Positions 46,348-57,556 are shown, counted from the stretch's first letter. The stretch: DNA of 64,000 bases from Candidatus Poribacteria bacterium (GCA_965116925.1 OZ220744.1:1888001-1952000); one strand, 5' to 3'. Notes: generated by a model from the letters alone, not told the origin. Program-made: numbers and translations.

Positions 46348-47796
46348 TTAGTCCTCGGTTGTTGACTTCCATTCACGCACCCGACGTTGGGCTTCGGCAA
46401 TTTGGGTGGGGGTCATCTTTTCGGCTATTCTATCACGTTCTTCGTGGGCTGCTTCCATACCTTGTCGCCCCGCGAGATGATACCACATATACGCCATGAC
46501 ATGGTTTTGGACAACACCCCGGCCCTGTTCATACATCACACCAAGTTGAAGCTGTGCGATTATATAATCTTGCTGTGCGGCTTTTTGAAACCATTTGAGT
46601 GCTTCCTCATAATCTTGGGGGACACCCTTTCCATGTTGATACATCCCACCGAGATTAAATTGAGCGATGGCATCGCCTTGTTCAACAGCTTTACGGAACC
46701 ATTTGAGTGCTTCCGCATAGTCTTGAACAACGATTTCGCCCATAAGATACATTGTGCCGAGGTTATTCTGGGCACCGATATTTCCAGCCTCAGCAGCTTT
46801 TAGGAACCATTTGAGTGCTTCCTCGTTGTTCCGAAGGACGCCTTCACCTGTATAATATATCGCACCAAGTCGGAGTTGGGCTTTGGCGTGACTACCTTCG
46901 GCGGCTTTGTGATACCACTTGCGTGCTTCCGCATTGTCCCGTACGACACCTTCACCCCTTTCGTGCATTCCTGCAAGTCGGAACTGAGCTTCGACATGAC
47001 CATCTTCTGCAGCGCTGCGATACCACTTGGCGGCTTCCCTATAGTTCCGGAAAACACCGTCACCCCTTGCATACATCCCGCCAACTCGGAACTGGGCTTC
47101 CGTATCGCCCTGTTCAGCAGCCCTCCGATACCACTGAATCGCTGTCCTATAATCCCGCACAACGCCTTCACCCCTGGCATACACTGTGCCAAGGTGAAAC
47201 TGAGCATCGACATTCCCTTGTTCAGCGGCTGTTCGATACCACTTGAGAGCTTCTTTGTCGTTTTCAATTACTCCCTCACCCCTGCTGTACATCCCGGCGA
47301 GTAGAAACTGGGATTCGGCGTGGCCTTGTTCAGCAGCTTTATGATACCACTTGGCGGCTTCCTCATAGTCCGGAGCGATGTCCGAGCCTTCTGTTGAATA
47401 CATTGAAGCGAGAAGAAACTGTGCCATGAACTCTCCCTGTTCGGCGGTTTTGCGAAACCATTTAACCGCTTCCTTATGGTCTCGGGAGACGCTTTCACCT
47501 TCGGCATACATTATGCCAAGACGCAACCCAGCGATGGCAGAGCCGCGTTCAACTGCTTTCTGATACCATTCAATTGCTACTGCATAATCCTGAGGGACCC
47601 CCTCACCCTTGAAGTACATCTCTCCAAGACGGAATTGGGCGTTGGAGTCACCCTTTTGGGCGAGTGGTTGCCATTCCTCTAATGCGGTTTTATAATCCTT
47701 TCGTTTATAGGCGTCTAGCCCTGCCTGAAAGTCTGCCCACACAGACGCAGCGGTGAGTAGGCATATCAGCAGAGTGGGGAAGGTGGCTCGCAGCAT
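46348..47796 (-). CDS. Secreted Sel1-repeat protein
   Basis: Signal peptide; repeated AQF.LG.MY..G.GV..D..EA.KWY.KAAEQG units. Confidence 0.9.
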   Translation of the reverse strand: MLRATFPTLLICLLTAASVWADFQAGLDAYKRKDYKTALEEWQPLAQKGDSNAQFRLGEMYFKGEGVPQDYAVAIEWYQKAVERGSAIAGLRLGIMYAEGESVSRDHKEAVKWFRKTAEQGEFMAQFLLASMYSTEGSDIAPDYEEAAKWYHKAAEQGHAESQFLLAGMYSRGEGVIENDKEALKWYRTAAEQGNVDAQFHLGTVYARGEGVVRDYRTAIQWYRRAAEQGDTEAQFRVGGMYARGDGVFRNYREAAKWYRSAAEDGHVEAQFRLAGMHERGEGVVRDNAEARKWYHKAAEGSHAKAQLRLGAIYYTGEGVLRNNEEALKWFLKAAEAGNIGAQNNLGTMYLMGEIVVQDYAEALKWFRKAVEQGDAIAQFNLGGMYQHGKGVPQDYEEALKWFQKAAQQDYIIAQLQLGVMYEQGRGVVQNHVMAYMWYHLAGRQGMEAAHEERDRIAEKMTPTQIAEAQRRVREWKSTTED

Positions 47797-47872
47797 AATA
47801 GACCTCCTTGCTTTTGTTGATATAGTTGATGGCTATACTGAACCCTTGTGTTGAGCAGATTGTCGTTCTCTG

Positions 47873-49420
47873 TCACTTCGCGTCCTCCACGCGCTGTTTC
47901 CATTCACGCGCCAGATGCTGGGCTTCGGCAATTTGGGTGGGGGTCATCTTTTCGGCTATTCTATCCCGGTATTCCCGAGCTTTCTCGTCACCGTGTATCC
48001 CAGCGAGATTATACCATAAGTGGGCAGTAATATAGTCCTGAGGTACGCCTTGGCCGTTTTCATACATCCAACCAAGGTAAAGTTGTGCCGAAGCATGGCA
48101 TTGTGGGACGACGATATGCAACCATCTAGCTGCTTCGCTGTAGTTTTGAGGGATCCCCTCACCCCTGTAATACATCCAGGCAAGCGCATATTGAGCATCG
48201 GCATAGCCCTGTTCAGCAGCCTTGCGAAACCATTTGACTGCCTCACTGTTGTTTTCTGCAACGCCCCTGCCAAAGTTATACTTCATGCCAAGGTGGTACT
48301 GGGCTTTGGGGTAACCTTGTTGGGCAGCTTTACGGAACCATTGGATTGCTTCCTCGCTGTTCCGCGGGACACCCCTGCCATGTTCATATCTCAAACCGAG
48401 TTCAAACTGGGCATCCGCATCGCCGTTTTTTGCTGCTGCGTGATACCATCTGCTCGCCTTCTGGTCATCTTGAGGAATACCCCAACCATATTCATATAGC
48501 TTGGCAAGGCGGAACTGTGCTTTGGCATAGCCGCGATCAGCAGCCGTTCGATACCACTCGATTATCCCCTCAATCCCCTGAGCAACCTCCTCGTAACTGC
48601 GGGGCATCCAGCCAAATTGTTTATACCCGGCTAAGGTATGGAATTGTGGTGAGGCTTTATTGCGCCATTTGATTCTTTCTTTGTCGTCTTGAGGGATACC
48701 CCAACCATATTCATATCTGAGGCTAAGTTCAAACTGGGCAAAGGGATCGCCGTTTTCGGCAGCCCTGTGATACCATCTGACGGCTTCCTTATCGTTCTGC
48801 GGGACACCCCAGCCATATTGATACATCATGCCAAGCGGAAACTGTGCTTGTGGATAGCCGTGTTCGGCGGCTTCTCTGTATAAATTGGTCTTCTCTTCGT
48901 CGTTTTGGAGGATGTCCATGCTGCTGGCAAACATCCGGCTCAGTTTATACCGTGCCAGATCAGAACTTTGTTGAGCGGCTTTGTAGTACCATTTGACTGC
49001 CTCTCCCATGTCTTCAGGAACGCCTCTGCCTTTTTCATACCAGAGTCCCAGAACAAATTGGGCTATGGTATCACCGCGCTCGGCGGCTTCTCTGTATAAT
49101 TTTGCTGCTTTTTCGTCATCTTGAGGAACACCATTGCCCCTTGCATACATCCGCCCAAGATGAAACTGAGCCTTTGGGTCACCGTCCTCGGCAAGCGGTT
49201 GGAATTCCTCTAGGGCGATTGCGTAGTCCCCTTGTTCATAAGCGTCCACACCCGCTTGGTAGTCTGCCCGCGTTAATCCAACGATGAGTAAGTACATTAT
49301 CAGAGCGAACAAGGTAACTTGCAGAATTGGATGGCACACAATTTGCTTAAAACAGTTATAGGATTGGGAACTTTGCACACGCTGCTTCGCAGCCTCAGTT
49401 CTCCACACATTTTCGGTCAT
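47873..49420 (-). CDS. Sel1-repeat protein
   Basis: Sel1 repeats, TM/signal segment; ATG 49420 avoids overlap with the divergent gene. Confidence 0.85.
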   Translation of the reverse strand: MTENVWRTEAAKQRVQSSQSYNCFKQIVCHPILQVTLFALIMYLLIVGLTRADYQAGVDAYEQGDYAIALEEFQPLAEDGDPKAQFHLGRMYARGNGVPQDDEKAAKLYREAAERGDTIAQFVLGLWYEKGRGVPEDMGEAVKWYYKAAQQSSDLARYKLSRMFASSMDILQNDEEKTNLYREAAEHGYPQAQFPLGMMYQYGWGVPQNDKEAVRWYHRAAENGDPFAQFELSLRYEYGWGIPQDDKERIKWRNKASPQFHTLAGYKQFGWMPRSYEEVAQGIEGIIEWYRTAADRGYAKAQFRLAKLYEYGWGIPQDDQKASRWYHAAAKNGDADAQFELGLRYEHGRGVPRNSEEAIQWFRKAAQQGYPKAQYHLGMKYNFGRGVAENNSEAVKWFRKAAEQGYADAQYALAWMYYRGEGIPQNYSEAARWLHIVVPQCHASAQLYLGWMYENGQGVPQDYITAHLWYNLAGIHGDEKAREYRDRIAEKMTPTQIAEAQHLAREWKQRVEDAK

Positions 49421-49567
49421 CGTAAATCCCCTTCCTCTTTGATAATAACACAGGCTGACACCGAATAATAGTGTTGGGCAAATTGCCGAAACCTGATACA
49501 ATAAAAATATACCACGACGAATAAGTTGAGTCAATCGAAATATCCAAATCATACAGGAGGGGATTTG

Positions 49568-50725
49568 ATGAAGATTACTGATGTAAAAGCGTTTCCGGTG
49601 CGGGTAGGTGGCACCCAGCTTGTGGTGAAAGTGGAGACCGATGCGGGGATTTATGGGGTGGGTGAGGCTGGTGTACCTAGCCGCGCTCTGGCTGTGGTTG
49701 GGGCGATTCGGCATTATCGTGAATTTTTACTCGGTCAGGACCCGATGCGTATCGGTGCATTGTGGCAGGAGATGTATCGGAGCCAGTATTTTGAGGGTGG
49801 GCGTATCCTCACCGCCGCGATTGCTGCGATTGATATCGCACTGCATGACATTGTGGGTAAAGCGTTGGACGTGCCGGTCTATCAATTGCTTGGTGGGAAA
49901 CAGCGGGATTACGTCCCTTGCTTTGCGACAACGCACGGCCAATCGGCGGAGGAGTTGATAGCGGATGCCAATTTACTGATCGAGAATGGGTGGAATGTAA
50001 TCCGAACATTTGTAGCGCGGGGGTCGCACGCAGCCGATGGCAATATTTACGAGCCGCGAGAGTCAATCGCACTGACCGCGACGTGGTTGGCACAGTTGCG
50101 CGAGGCGATTGGGCCTGAGCCTGTTCTCGGTGTTGACTATCACCACCGTCTCAGTGTTGCGGAAGCGGCTTCTTTCTGTCAGCGGATGCCTCCCGGTACG
50201 CTTGACTTTTTGGAGGAACCGATCCGCGATGAGACACCGGAGGCGTATGAATCATTGCGGACGATGGTCGATGTGCCCTTCGCAATTGGGGAGGAGATCT
50301 CGAACAAGTGGGATTTTCTCCCTTACATTGAGCGGGGGATTACCAATTTCGTCCGCCTTGATGTCTGCAATGTTGGCGGATTGACGGAAGCGATGAAGGT
50401 CGCTAGTATGGCGGAAGTGCACTATATTGACCTCATGCCACATAACCCTTTGGGGACAGTTTGTACTGCAGCGACAATTCACTTGGCGGCGGCGGTGCCC
50501 AACTTTGCGTGGCTGGAGATACGGGAATCGCCGACCGAACGTACGGGCCGTTATGATACGGACCTGTTTCCTGTTCAACCGCAGGCTGAGGGTTCGCGCT
50601 TCCCAGTCCCTGAGTCGCCCGGGCTGGGTGTTGAGTTCAATGAGGAATTGGCACTTGCGAATCCTGCGGAGATTGGGCAGGGCCCCTTCCTCCGCCGACG
50701 CGATGGCTCAATTACCAATGCGTGA
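49568..50725 (+). CDS. Mandelate racemase/enolase superfamily sugar-acid dehydratase (DgoD-like)
   Basis: AIDIALHDIVGK, VDYHHR, FLEEP, IGEE, PHNPLG; RBS AGGAGG. Confidence 0.85.
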   Translation: MKITDVKAFPVRVGGTQLVVKVETDAGIYGVGEAGVPSRALAVVGAIRHYREFLLGQDPMRIGALWQEMYRSQYFEGGRILTAAIAAIDIALHDIVGKALDVPVYQLLGGKQRDYVPCFATTHGQSAEELIADANLLIENGWNVIRTFVARGSHAADGNIYEPRESIALTATWLAQLREAIGPEPVLGVDYHHRLSVAEAASFCQRMPPGTLDFLEEPIRDETPEAYESLRTMVDVPFAIGEEISNKWDFLPYIERGITNFVRLDVCNVGGLTEAMKVASMAEVHYIDLMPHNPLGTVCTAATIHLAAAVPNFAWLEIRESPTERTGRYDTDLFPVQPQAEGSRFPVPESPGLGVEFNEELALANPAEIGQGPFLRRRDGSITNA

Positions 50726-50891
50726 ACTATTGATTCACATAGATTTACCGATTAGGGTGTGATAGAATAACTCAAGTTACCGTCTCTTGCACCGTTGGGG
50801 ATTTGCTACGTGAAACGTGAAGCGTGATTCTATACCAATGGGTTGATATTCTCTATGAATCAATCTACGTTCTCTTAAAGAAAGGATTATC

Positions 50892-51752
50892 ATGAACACC
50901 AGTCCAATCCTACCGGGTGAGCCGTTCAGTGAAGAGAAAACAGAACAGATTGTCAAACAGTTCCATCGTGATGGTTTCGTGCACATCCCCGGTGTGCTAA
51001 CCTCTGAGGAAATCACAGCACTACGCGATACAACCGATAGACTCTTTGCAGATACGTCCCTCGCTGACAGAACGAATCCGCACCTCGCCGATACGAGATA
51101 CATTCAAATGCGACCGCACGATGAATCGGGAGAGGAGCTCCCGTTCATTTTAAGGAATACAATCGAACTTGATCCAATCTTTCGAGAGATGCTTTTTCGG
51201 GAACCGATTCTCAGTTTGGCGGAAGCTATTGTGGGGGAAGACTGTAAATTCTGTGGTCAAAATGTATTGAGAAATCTGCCCGGTTTGTCAATTGAGCGAT
51301 GGCATGTCGATGGTCAGGTGCATTTCCCGCTCCCCGACGATGTGCCTCGCTTCGATCCACGGATTCAGATGCAGGTCTTGTGGATTACCGTACAGATGGC
51401 ACTGACAGATATTGAGACGCTTGATCAGGGACCCACGCAGTACGTCCGTGGCAGCCACTATTCCGGTCGTAACCCGAATGATCAGGATCACCCGGAGTTT
51501 GACGGACAAGGTCCCACGTCGGTCTTCTGTAAGGCTGGAGATATTTACTTGCAAGACCCCCAATGCTGGCACCGCGGCGCGCCCAACCGATCGCATCGCA
51601 CACGCTATATCTTACAATCGCAGTACGCTGCACGATGGGCATATTGGCGTTTTAATCTATGTAATCAGGTTCCTGTCCCCGAAGATTATCTGCAAGCCGC
51701 CGATGATCGCCTGTTGAGTCTATTGGGTCGAAGCCGCCCGAATAGCAGCTAG
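50892..51752 (+). CDS. PhyH-family Fe/2OG dioxygenase
   Basis: FHRDGFV, WHVD, GPTQYVRGSH, KAGD...WHRG. Confidence 0.85.
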   Translation: MNTSPILPGEPFSEEKTEQIVKQFHRDGFVHIPGVLTSEEITALRDTTDRLFADTSLADRTNPHLADTRYIQMRPHDESGEELPFILRNTIELDPIFREMLFREPILSLAEAIVGEDCKFCGQNVLRNLPGLSIERWHVDGQVHFPLPDDVPRFDPRIQMQVLWITVQMALTDIETLDQGPTQYVRGSHYSGRNPNDQDHPEFDGQGPTSVFCKAGDIYLQDPQCWHRGAPNRSHRTRYILQSQYAARWAYWRFNLCNQVPVPEDYLQAADDRLLSLLGRSRPNSS

Positions 51753-51811
51753 AATTAATGGTTCTTGGAATGAATAGGACAACTTTGAGTAGCTGAAAGG
51801 AAGAGAGAGTC

Positions 51812-54800
51812 ATGAAAACGAAAGCCACAATAATCGCTAGTTTAACCCTGATGCTAAATATTGTCTGGGGTGCCTTTGGACAGGAAAAGGTGTCCGTGGT
51901 TCCGGAAATCTTCCTGAGAGGCTACGATCCTGTCACCATCTTTTTCCCTGAAGAGCGTAGACCGAACACCGATGAACCGACGGATGTCCCCGGCGAGTTG
52001 CTTCAGATTGAGCCCGATCATCCCGGCGAGTATCGATGGCTGGATGCCAGAACCCTACAGTTCTTTCCAACCATTCGTTGGCCCGCCATGCGGCGATTTA
52101 CAATAACCGTCAGTGGAGTGCCGCACACCCTTGTTACGTTGATGGCAGCACCGAAACGTATTTCACCATCTAGTGGGAGCGAAGAACTAGAACCGATTCA
52201 GGAGATACAGCTGTCGTTTGCAGATCGGATGAATCTTGATGAGTTGAGCGCGATGCTTCATTTCGAGGTGCATCCGACACCGGGGTTAGAAGCTACCGGC
52301 GATGGGACAGTGCCGGCGTCTGTAGAGCTGACGAATCGGGATTTCACTGTAAAAGAGATTGAACGGACCTCCATTCGGGATGCTGTCCAGTATCAGATTA
52401 CTTTTGACGAGCCGATTCCTTATGGCAGGATAGTGACCATGACGTTGCAGCTTTCGTTAGATGAGCGTGTAACAGGGGCACTTGTCCGTCACACTTTTGC
52501 GACTCAGACTCCCTTTCGGTTGACCGGCATTGGGTGTGGGCGGGTCGTCTTTCCCGTTGCCGCTAAGGGCAGCGTGTACCCGGTGGAGCAACCGCTTCAA
52601 GGGGGAGGGGGTGATGAGCCACTTTTTCTTGAATTCAGCCACGAACTGGGACCGATTTCAATGGCAACGGTGAAGCAATTGGTGCGATTTGAACCGGCTG
52701 TGAGGAATTTCCGTTTTGTGGTTTCTGGAAAGCGGCTCGATCTTCACTTTAGCCCTGAAAAAGATCAGATTTACCGATTAACCCTTCAGGCAATGGATTT
52801 AACAGACACGAACGGCAGGGATCTATCGGCATTTGGTGAAACTGCCCTCTATTTTTACTATACGCACCCCGATCCCTATCTGCGGTGGCGGCAGAGTAGG
52901 GGTATCCTTGAACGCTACGGGGCGCAAAAATTTCCGATGGAAGGACGTGGTGAAGAACAGGTCGATTTGCGGATTTATAAGTTAGATCCCTTGGATCGGA
53001 ATTTTTGGCCCTTCCCGGACAGATCTGTGAGGGTCAATGAGGAATCCCGCCCACCGGGTCCTGGGGAGGAGCCTGCTTTTACCAGAAATATGCCCAAGCA
53101 CATTCAGTTGCTCGGAAGTCCACTCATTTCCCGATTGGTTCCGCTACCGATGAAAGATCGAATGGGCAACCTGCGATTTGGCCTCGATCTCAAAGCATTA
53201 TTGATGAAAATTTCCGGTGAGGCCCAGCCAGGGACATACCTTCTCGGTTACCGTAAAATAGGCAGCAGCACCCAACGAAATTACGCCCGAATTCAGGTGA
53301 CAGATTTGAGCCTCAGCACAGTTGAGGAGGATTCAGCTGTAAACTTTGTTGTGACCTCCCTGAGCACCGGCGCACCCGTGGTTGGGGCACAGGTAATCGT
53401 CGAAGGGCGATATTCTAGCGACTTGCGTCAGGTTTGGAGGTCGATTATTTCGGGTGTCACTGACAGCACAGGACAGTTCCGTTATGTGCACACGAAGGAG
53501 ATTGGAGCGAGTCTGCGCCGCATTGTGATTAGTCACGATGGGGATGTGCTGACACTCAACCCTGCTAAGCCGCCACCCCATTTTCTGGACAATCACTGGT
53601 ATAGTTCCCGTCGAAATTGGCTTAACTGGTTAAGAAGTAAACCGCGTCACATCAAAGACGAGCCGGTGCGGAAGGCACATATTTTTTCAGAGCGCCCCGT
53701 GTATCGCCCGGATGAATCTGTTCACATTAAAGGATATGTGCGTTTGCGGCATATGGGCAGCCTCATATATGACCCCACATATGAGGAGGGGAACCAAAGT
53801 CGTTTGCAGGTGGAGGGTCCCGGGGATAAAACATGGACATACCCAGTCACCCTTACTGAGATCGGTAGCTTTTATCACAAATTTGATGAAGAAGATCTAC
53901 CCACAGGAAACTATCGGGCGAACCTGCTTGATAGCAATGAGAACACTCTAGCTTCTGTGACCTTCAAAAAGGAGAATTATCGCATTCCGCGCTTTGAAGT
54001 TCAACTGTTTGGTCCTGATACTGTTCCTATGGATAGAGCTTTCACATTGACGATGACCGCTGACTACTATGCTGGCGGCAGGTTGGTCGGTCAGGAGCTA
54101 ACTTGGCAGGTTACACAACTTCCCCATACCTTCAGGGCACCGGATCAATATTCCGATTTTCTGTTTTCTGCAGACCAGCGTTTTAGTGATGGCACCCCCT
54201 TCCGTGGAACGGGCAGCACCAAGCAGGAACTTACAGACGAAAACGGTTCTGCCACGCTGGAACTCAACCCTGCTTTGGAGCCAGATGGTAAACCCCGCCG
54301 CTATGTGGTGGATGCGACGGTGCGAGGTGCTGATGAACAGACCGTCACAGCGGTTAAATATATATCGGCAGCTCCGGCTTTCATTTTGGGGATAAAATTG
54401 GGACGGTTCCTGAAAAACACACTAGTTCTCAACCCGGAAGCTTTGGTGTTAGACCATGCGGGTAAACCGTTGGAAGGATTTGAGTTCGATTTGCGCTTGA
54501 TGCACCGTCAGTGGCACTCGTATCTCAAGGAGAGCGATTTCACGACGGGAAAGGCGGAGTATGTAACCGATGTGGTCGATGTTCCCCTACTCCAACAAAC
54601 GTTGACTTCAACAGCAGAACCGATGACACTATCCTTGCCCGTTGAAGCAGCAGGCGTTTATGTTGTCGAAATTTCAGCTCAGGATAGGCTCGGCAGACGA
54701 CAAACTGTATCGGCTGATCTTTATGTCGCAGGGGATACCCCCGTAGCGTGGGAGCAACCGAAGGCGAACGTCTTTGAGACCACACCGGATAAAACCACAT

Positions 54801-57556
54801 ACGATCCGGGTGAGGTCGCCAACCTGCTCCTGAAAAGTCCGTTTCAGAAGGCACGTGCGCTGATTGTTGTGGAAGGACCGAAAGCCAATCAGTACCATTG
54901 GACTGATATTGAAAATGGTCAGGGAGTATTTCCTATACCGATTAGCGGAGACATGACACCGCGCGTACCGGTGCACGCGCTGCTGTTGCGCGGGCGACTC
55001 AAAGGGGTGCAGATGGATGATGCGAGTACCGTTGATGCCGCCAAACCGATTACCATGGCGAGCACCACTTGGTTACGGGTGAACCCGCGGGATAATCAAC
55101 TCAAGATTCAACTGGAGCATCCCGCCCGAAGTCTGCCCGGCGCATCTATTCCAATGACGATCAGGCTCAGTGATCCTGACGGAAACCCACTAAACGGTGA
55201 AGTTACCCTCTGGTTGGTGGACCGGGCGGTTCTTTCCCTGGGTCGGGAAGGGCGGTTAGATCCCATGCCTTCCTTCATTGATGACGTGGAAGCGCACATC
55301 CGTATCCGCGACACTCGAAATGAGGTTGTCGGAGATCTGATGGTGAACGAAGTCCCCGGCGGTGATGGACTGCGCCTCCCGTATGCTACTGGGTCAGGCA
55401 GGGCGACGGTGCGGAAAAACTTTCAGCCTGTTCCCTATTACAACCCTCTTGTGCAAGTGGTTGATGGCGTTGCGTCGCTCACCATTGATTTATCCGATGA
55501 CCTAACGGACTTTGCTGTGCGCGCGGTAGCGACCGACGGTGCTGCTCGTTTTGGCTACGGAAAATCTGTCATCTCCGTTCGTTTGCCGCTGATTGTTCAA
55601 TCTGCGCTGCCACGTTTTGTGCGTCCCGGCGATAACTTTGTTGCAGGTGGCATTGGTCGCGTCGTCGAAGGTGAAGGCGGACCGGGACAGGTTGAACTTC
55701 AGGTGGAAGGATTGGAGGTGGACGGTGAGATGCGTCGCTCGGTCGATTGGGTGAAAGATCAACCTGAGCAGCTCTACTTCCCGATGAAGGTTCCTGCCTC
55801 CTCGCTCGCTGATGACGAAACTGGTCAGGTGAAGGTTCAACTCGCCGTCAAGCGAGAAATTGATGGGGCGATGGATGCCTTTGAAGTAACGTTGCCGATT
55901 AAGGATGACCGCGAAAGACGCCGGTTGGAAAAGTTCATGCCGGTCAAACCTGATGAGACAATCTCGTTCACAGCCCTCGAAGAAGAACCGAGACCGGGAA
56001 CTGTTCGTCAATCTGTGATGTTGACTTATCAACCCGCGTTGGTGAAGATGCTGGCGGGGCTTGATTACTTGGCAGGTTACCCATACGGCTGTGTGGAGCA
56101 GCGCATTAGCCAGTTGATTTCTGAACTCGCATTAAAGGGTCTGCTCAATCAGATTGGTCGGGAAGATCGTGCCGAAACCATTGATCTGTTGATGCGAGAG
56201 ATCTTCACCTATCTAGAGAGTGTGCAGCACGCCAACGGGCTTTACAGCTATTGGCCCGGCTCCGACAGTTATGTCAGCCTAACCGCCTATGTGGTGGAGT
56301 TTCTACTGATGGCGAAGGCACAGGGTTACGAATTTGACGAGAAACTCTTGGAGAGGGGGCTTGATGCGCTGAGAGCTTCCCTACGTTCCGACTATAGCAA
56401 TTTTATTGATGGTCAATCTTATGTTGAGCGTGCCGAAGCCCTTAATGCGTTGGCAATGGCTGGCGACTTCCAAGATGCCTACGCACACGACATGCTCGCT
56501 CGCGCCTTGACGATGGATCTCTACAGCGAGGCTAAAATCCTGTACGCTTTTCTCACAAAGGCGTCAGATGAGACAGAGTCGATTAATCGGCTCAACGAAG
56601 ACCTCTTGAAAAGTTTGATCTTCGCACTTCGGAACGGAGAAGAGGTTTACCAAGGGTTGCAGTATCGGGCAGAAAGTTGGGGTGGGTTGATCAATTCCAG
56701 CGAGGTCAAGACGCTTGCTAGCGTCGCTAAATCTCTATACGCCGTCTCGCCAGAGGATCCGAAAGCGAAGCTGCTCATCGACGAACTAATTGCCCGTGGA
56801 GAAACAAACGGTTGGGGAAGCACCAATGCTAACGCCGCTGCCTTGCTTGCATTGGGCGAAGTATTTCGAGTGCAAACACCCCCGTCAACGGGTCACCAGT
56901 TTGTTCTGCAATTTGGGGATGAATCTGTAGAAATTGATACGGTTGGGAAGACCGTCAGTCAGGTTGAAACTATTGCCGCTAGTCCCGGTGGATTGATGTG
57001 GAAATCCGGACCGACTGATAGCCTGCCCTATGCACGTTTAACGCTAGACTATATGCCAGCAGCGAGTGGAGATCAGATCACAGGAAATAACGAAGGATTT
57101 GTTGTTGAGCGATGGGCTCAGATTATTCAAGGTGAGGAGGAGCCTCCCGTCGTGCGTCCAGTCAAAGCAGGCGAAGCTCTTGAACTAGAGATGGGGACTA
57201 TTGTAGAGGAACACATCCGCGTGGTGAACCCGGAGGTGCGGCATTATGTCGCAGTAGCTGCGCCGTTTGCCGCTGGCTTTGAGCCGATGAATCCGAATCT
57301 TGCCACTGCCTCGAAAGCAGCCAAACCCACAGGAACGATGACGCTAGCACCAGCTTACGCGCAGTATCAAGATGATCAGGTCATTTTCTATTACGATACG
57401 CTCCCAAAGGGAATCTATGACTTTTACTTCCGGCTGAAGGCGAGTATTGCGGGGAGTTTCGTCCATCCACCGGCGAAGGCGGAGATGATGTACAGAGAAA
57501 CCGTCCGAGGTCGCTCTGATGGCACGCGCATCATCGTCAAACCTGATCGGGATTAA
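51812..57556 (+). CDS. Bacterial alpha-2-macroglobulin
   Basis: SERPVYRP, LPRFVRPGD, thioester motif YPYGCVEQ, PAKAEMMY. Confidence 0.92.
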   Translation: MKTKATIIASLTLMLNIVWGAFGQEKVSVVPEIFLRGYDPVTIFFPEERRPNTDEPTDVPGELLQIEPDHPGEYRWLDARTLQFFPTIRWPAMRRFTITVSGVPHTLVTLMAAPKRISPSSGSEELEPIQEIQLSFADRMNLDELSAMLHFEVHPTPGLEATGDGTVPASVELTNRDFTVKEIERTSIRDAVQYQITFDEPIPYGRIVTMTLQLSLDERVTGALVRHTFATQTPFRLTGIGCGRVVFPVAAKGSVYPVEQPLQGGGGDEPLFLEFSHELGPISMATVKQLVRFEPAVRNFRFVVSGKRLDLHFSPEKDQIYRLTLQAMDLTDTNGRDLSAFGETALYFYYTHPDPYLRWRQSRGILERYGAQKFPMEGRGEEQVDLRIYKLDPLDRNFWPFPDRSVRVNEESRPPGPGEEPAFTRNMPKHIQLLGSPLISRLVPLPMKDRMGNLRFGLDLKALLMKISGEAQPGTYLLGYRKIGSSTQRNYARIQVTDLSLSTVEEDSAVNFVVTSLSTGAPVVGAQVIVEGRYSSDLRQVWRSIISGVTDSTGQFRYVHTKEIGASLRRIVISHDGDVLTLNPAKPPPHFLDNHWYSSRRNWLNWLRSKPRHIKDEPVRKAHIFSERPVYRPDESVHIKGYVRLRHMGSLIYDPTYEEGNQSRLQVEGPGDKTWTYPVTLTEIGSFYHKFDEEDLPTGNYRANLLDSNENTLASVTFKKENYRIPRFEVQLFGPDTVPMDRAFTLTMTADYYAGGRLVGQELTWQVTQLPHTFRAPDQYSDFLFSADQRFSDGTPFRGTGSTKQELTDENGSATLELNPALEPDGKPRRYVVDATVRGADEQTVTAVKYISAAPAFILGIKLGRFLKNTLVLNPEALVLDHAGKPLEGFEFDLRLMHRQWHSYLKESDFTTGKAEYVTDVVDVPLLQQTLTSTAEPMTLSLPVEAAGVYVVEISAQDRLGRRQTVSADLYVAGDTPVAWEQPKANVFETTPDKTTYDPGEVANLLLKSPFQKARALIVVEGPKANQYHWTDIENGQGVFPIPISGDMTPRVPVHALLLRGRLKGVQMDDASTVDAAKPITMASTTWLRVNPRDNQLKIQLEHPARSLPGASIPMTIRLSDPDGNPLNGEVTLWLVDRAVLSLGREGRLDPMPSFIDDVEAHIRIRDTRNEVVGDLMVNEVPGGDGLRLPYATGSGRATVRKNFQPVPYYNPLVQVVDGVASLTIDLSDDLTDFAVRAVATDGAARFGYGKSVISVRLPLIVQSALPRFVRPGDNFVAGGIGRVVEGEGGPGQVELQVEGLEVDGEMRRSVDWVKDQPEQLYFPMKVPASSLADDETGQVKVQLAVKREIDGAMDAFEVTLPIKDDRERRRLEKFMPVKPDETISFTALEEEPRPGTVRQSVMLTYQPALVKMLAGLDYLAGYPYGCVEQRISQLISELALKGLLNQIGREDRAETIDLLMREIFTYLESVQHANGLYSYWPGSDSYVSLTAYVVEFLLMAKAQGYEFDEKLLERGLDALRASLRSDYSNFIDGQSYVERAEALNALAMAGDFQDAYAHDMLARALTMDLYSEAKILYAFLTKASDETESINRLNEDLLKSLIFALRNGEEVYQGLQYRAESWGGLINSSEVKTLASVAKSLYAVSPEDPKAKLLIDELIARGETNGWGSTNANAAALLALGEVFRVQTPPSTGHQFVLQFGDESVEIDTVGKTVSQVETIAASPGGLMWKSGPTDSLPYARLTLDYMPAASGDQITGNNEGFVVERWAQIIQGEEEPPVVRPVKAGEALELEMGTIVEEHIRVVNPEVRHYVAVAAPFAAGFEPMNPNLATASKAAKPTGTMTLAPAYAQYQDDQVIFYYDTLPKGIYDFYFRLKASIAGSFVHPPAKAEMMYRETVRGRSDGTRIIVKPDRD

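Noticed and set aside
46387..49287. Multiple plus-strand and alternate-frame ORFs over the Sel1 genes
   Set aside because: Shadow ORFs caused by repeat codon periodicity; no RBS or independent domain signal
49421..49714. Long N-terminal extension of the second Sel1 ORF
   Set aside because: Overlaps the divergent dehydratase gene and its RBS; ATG 49420 preferred
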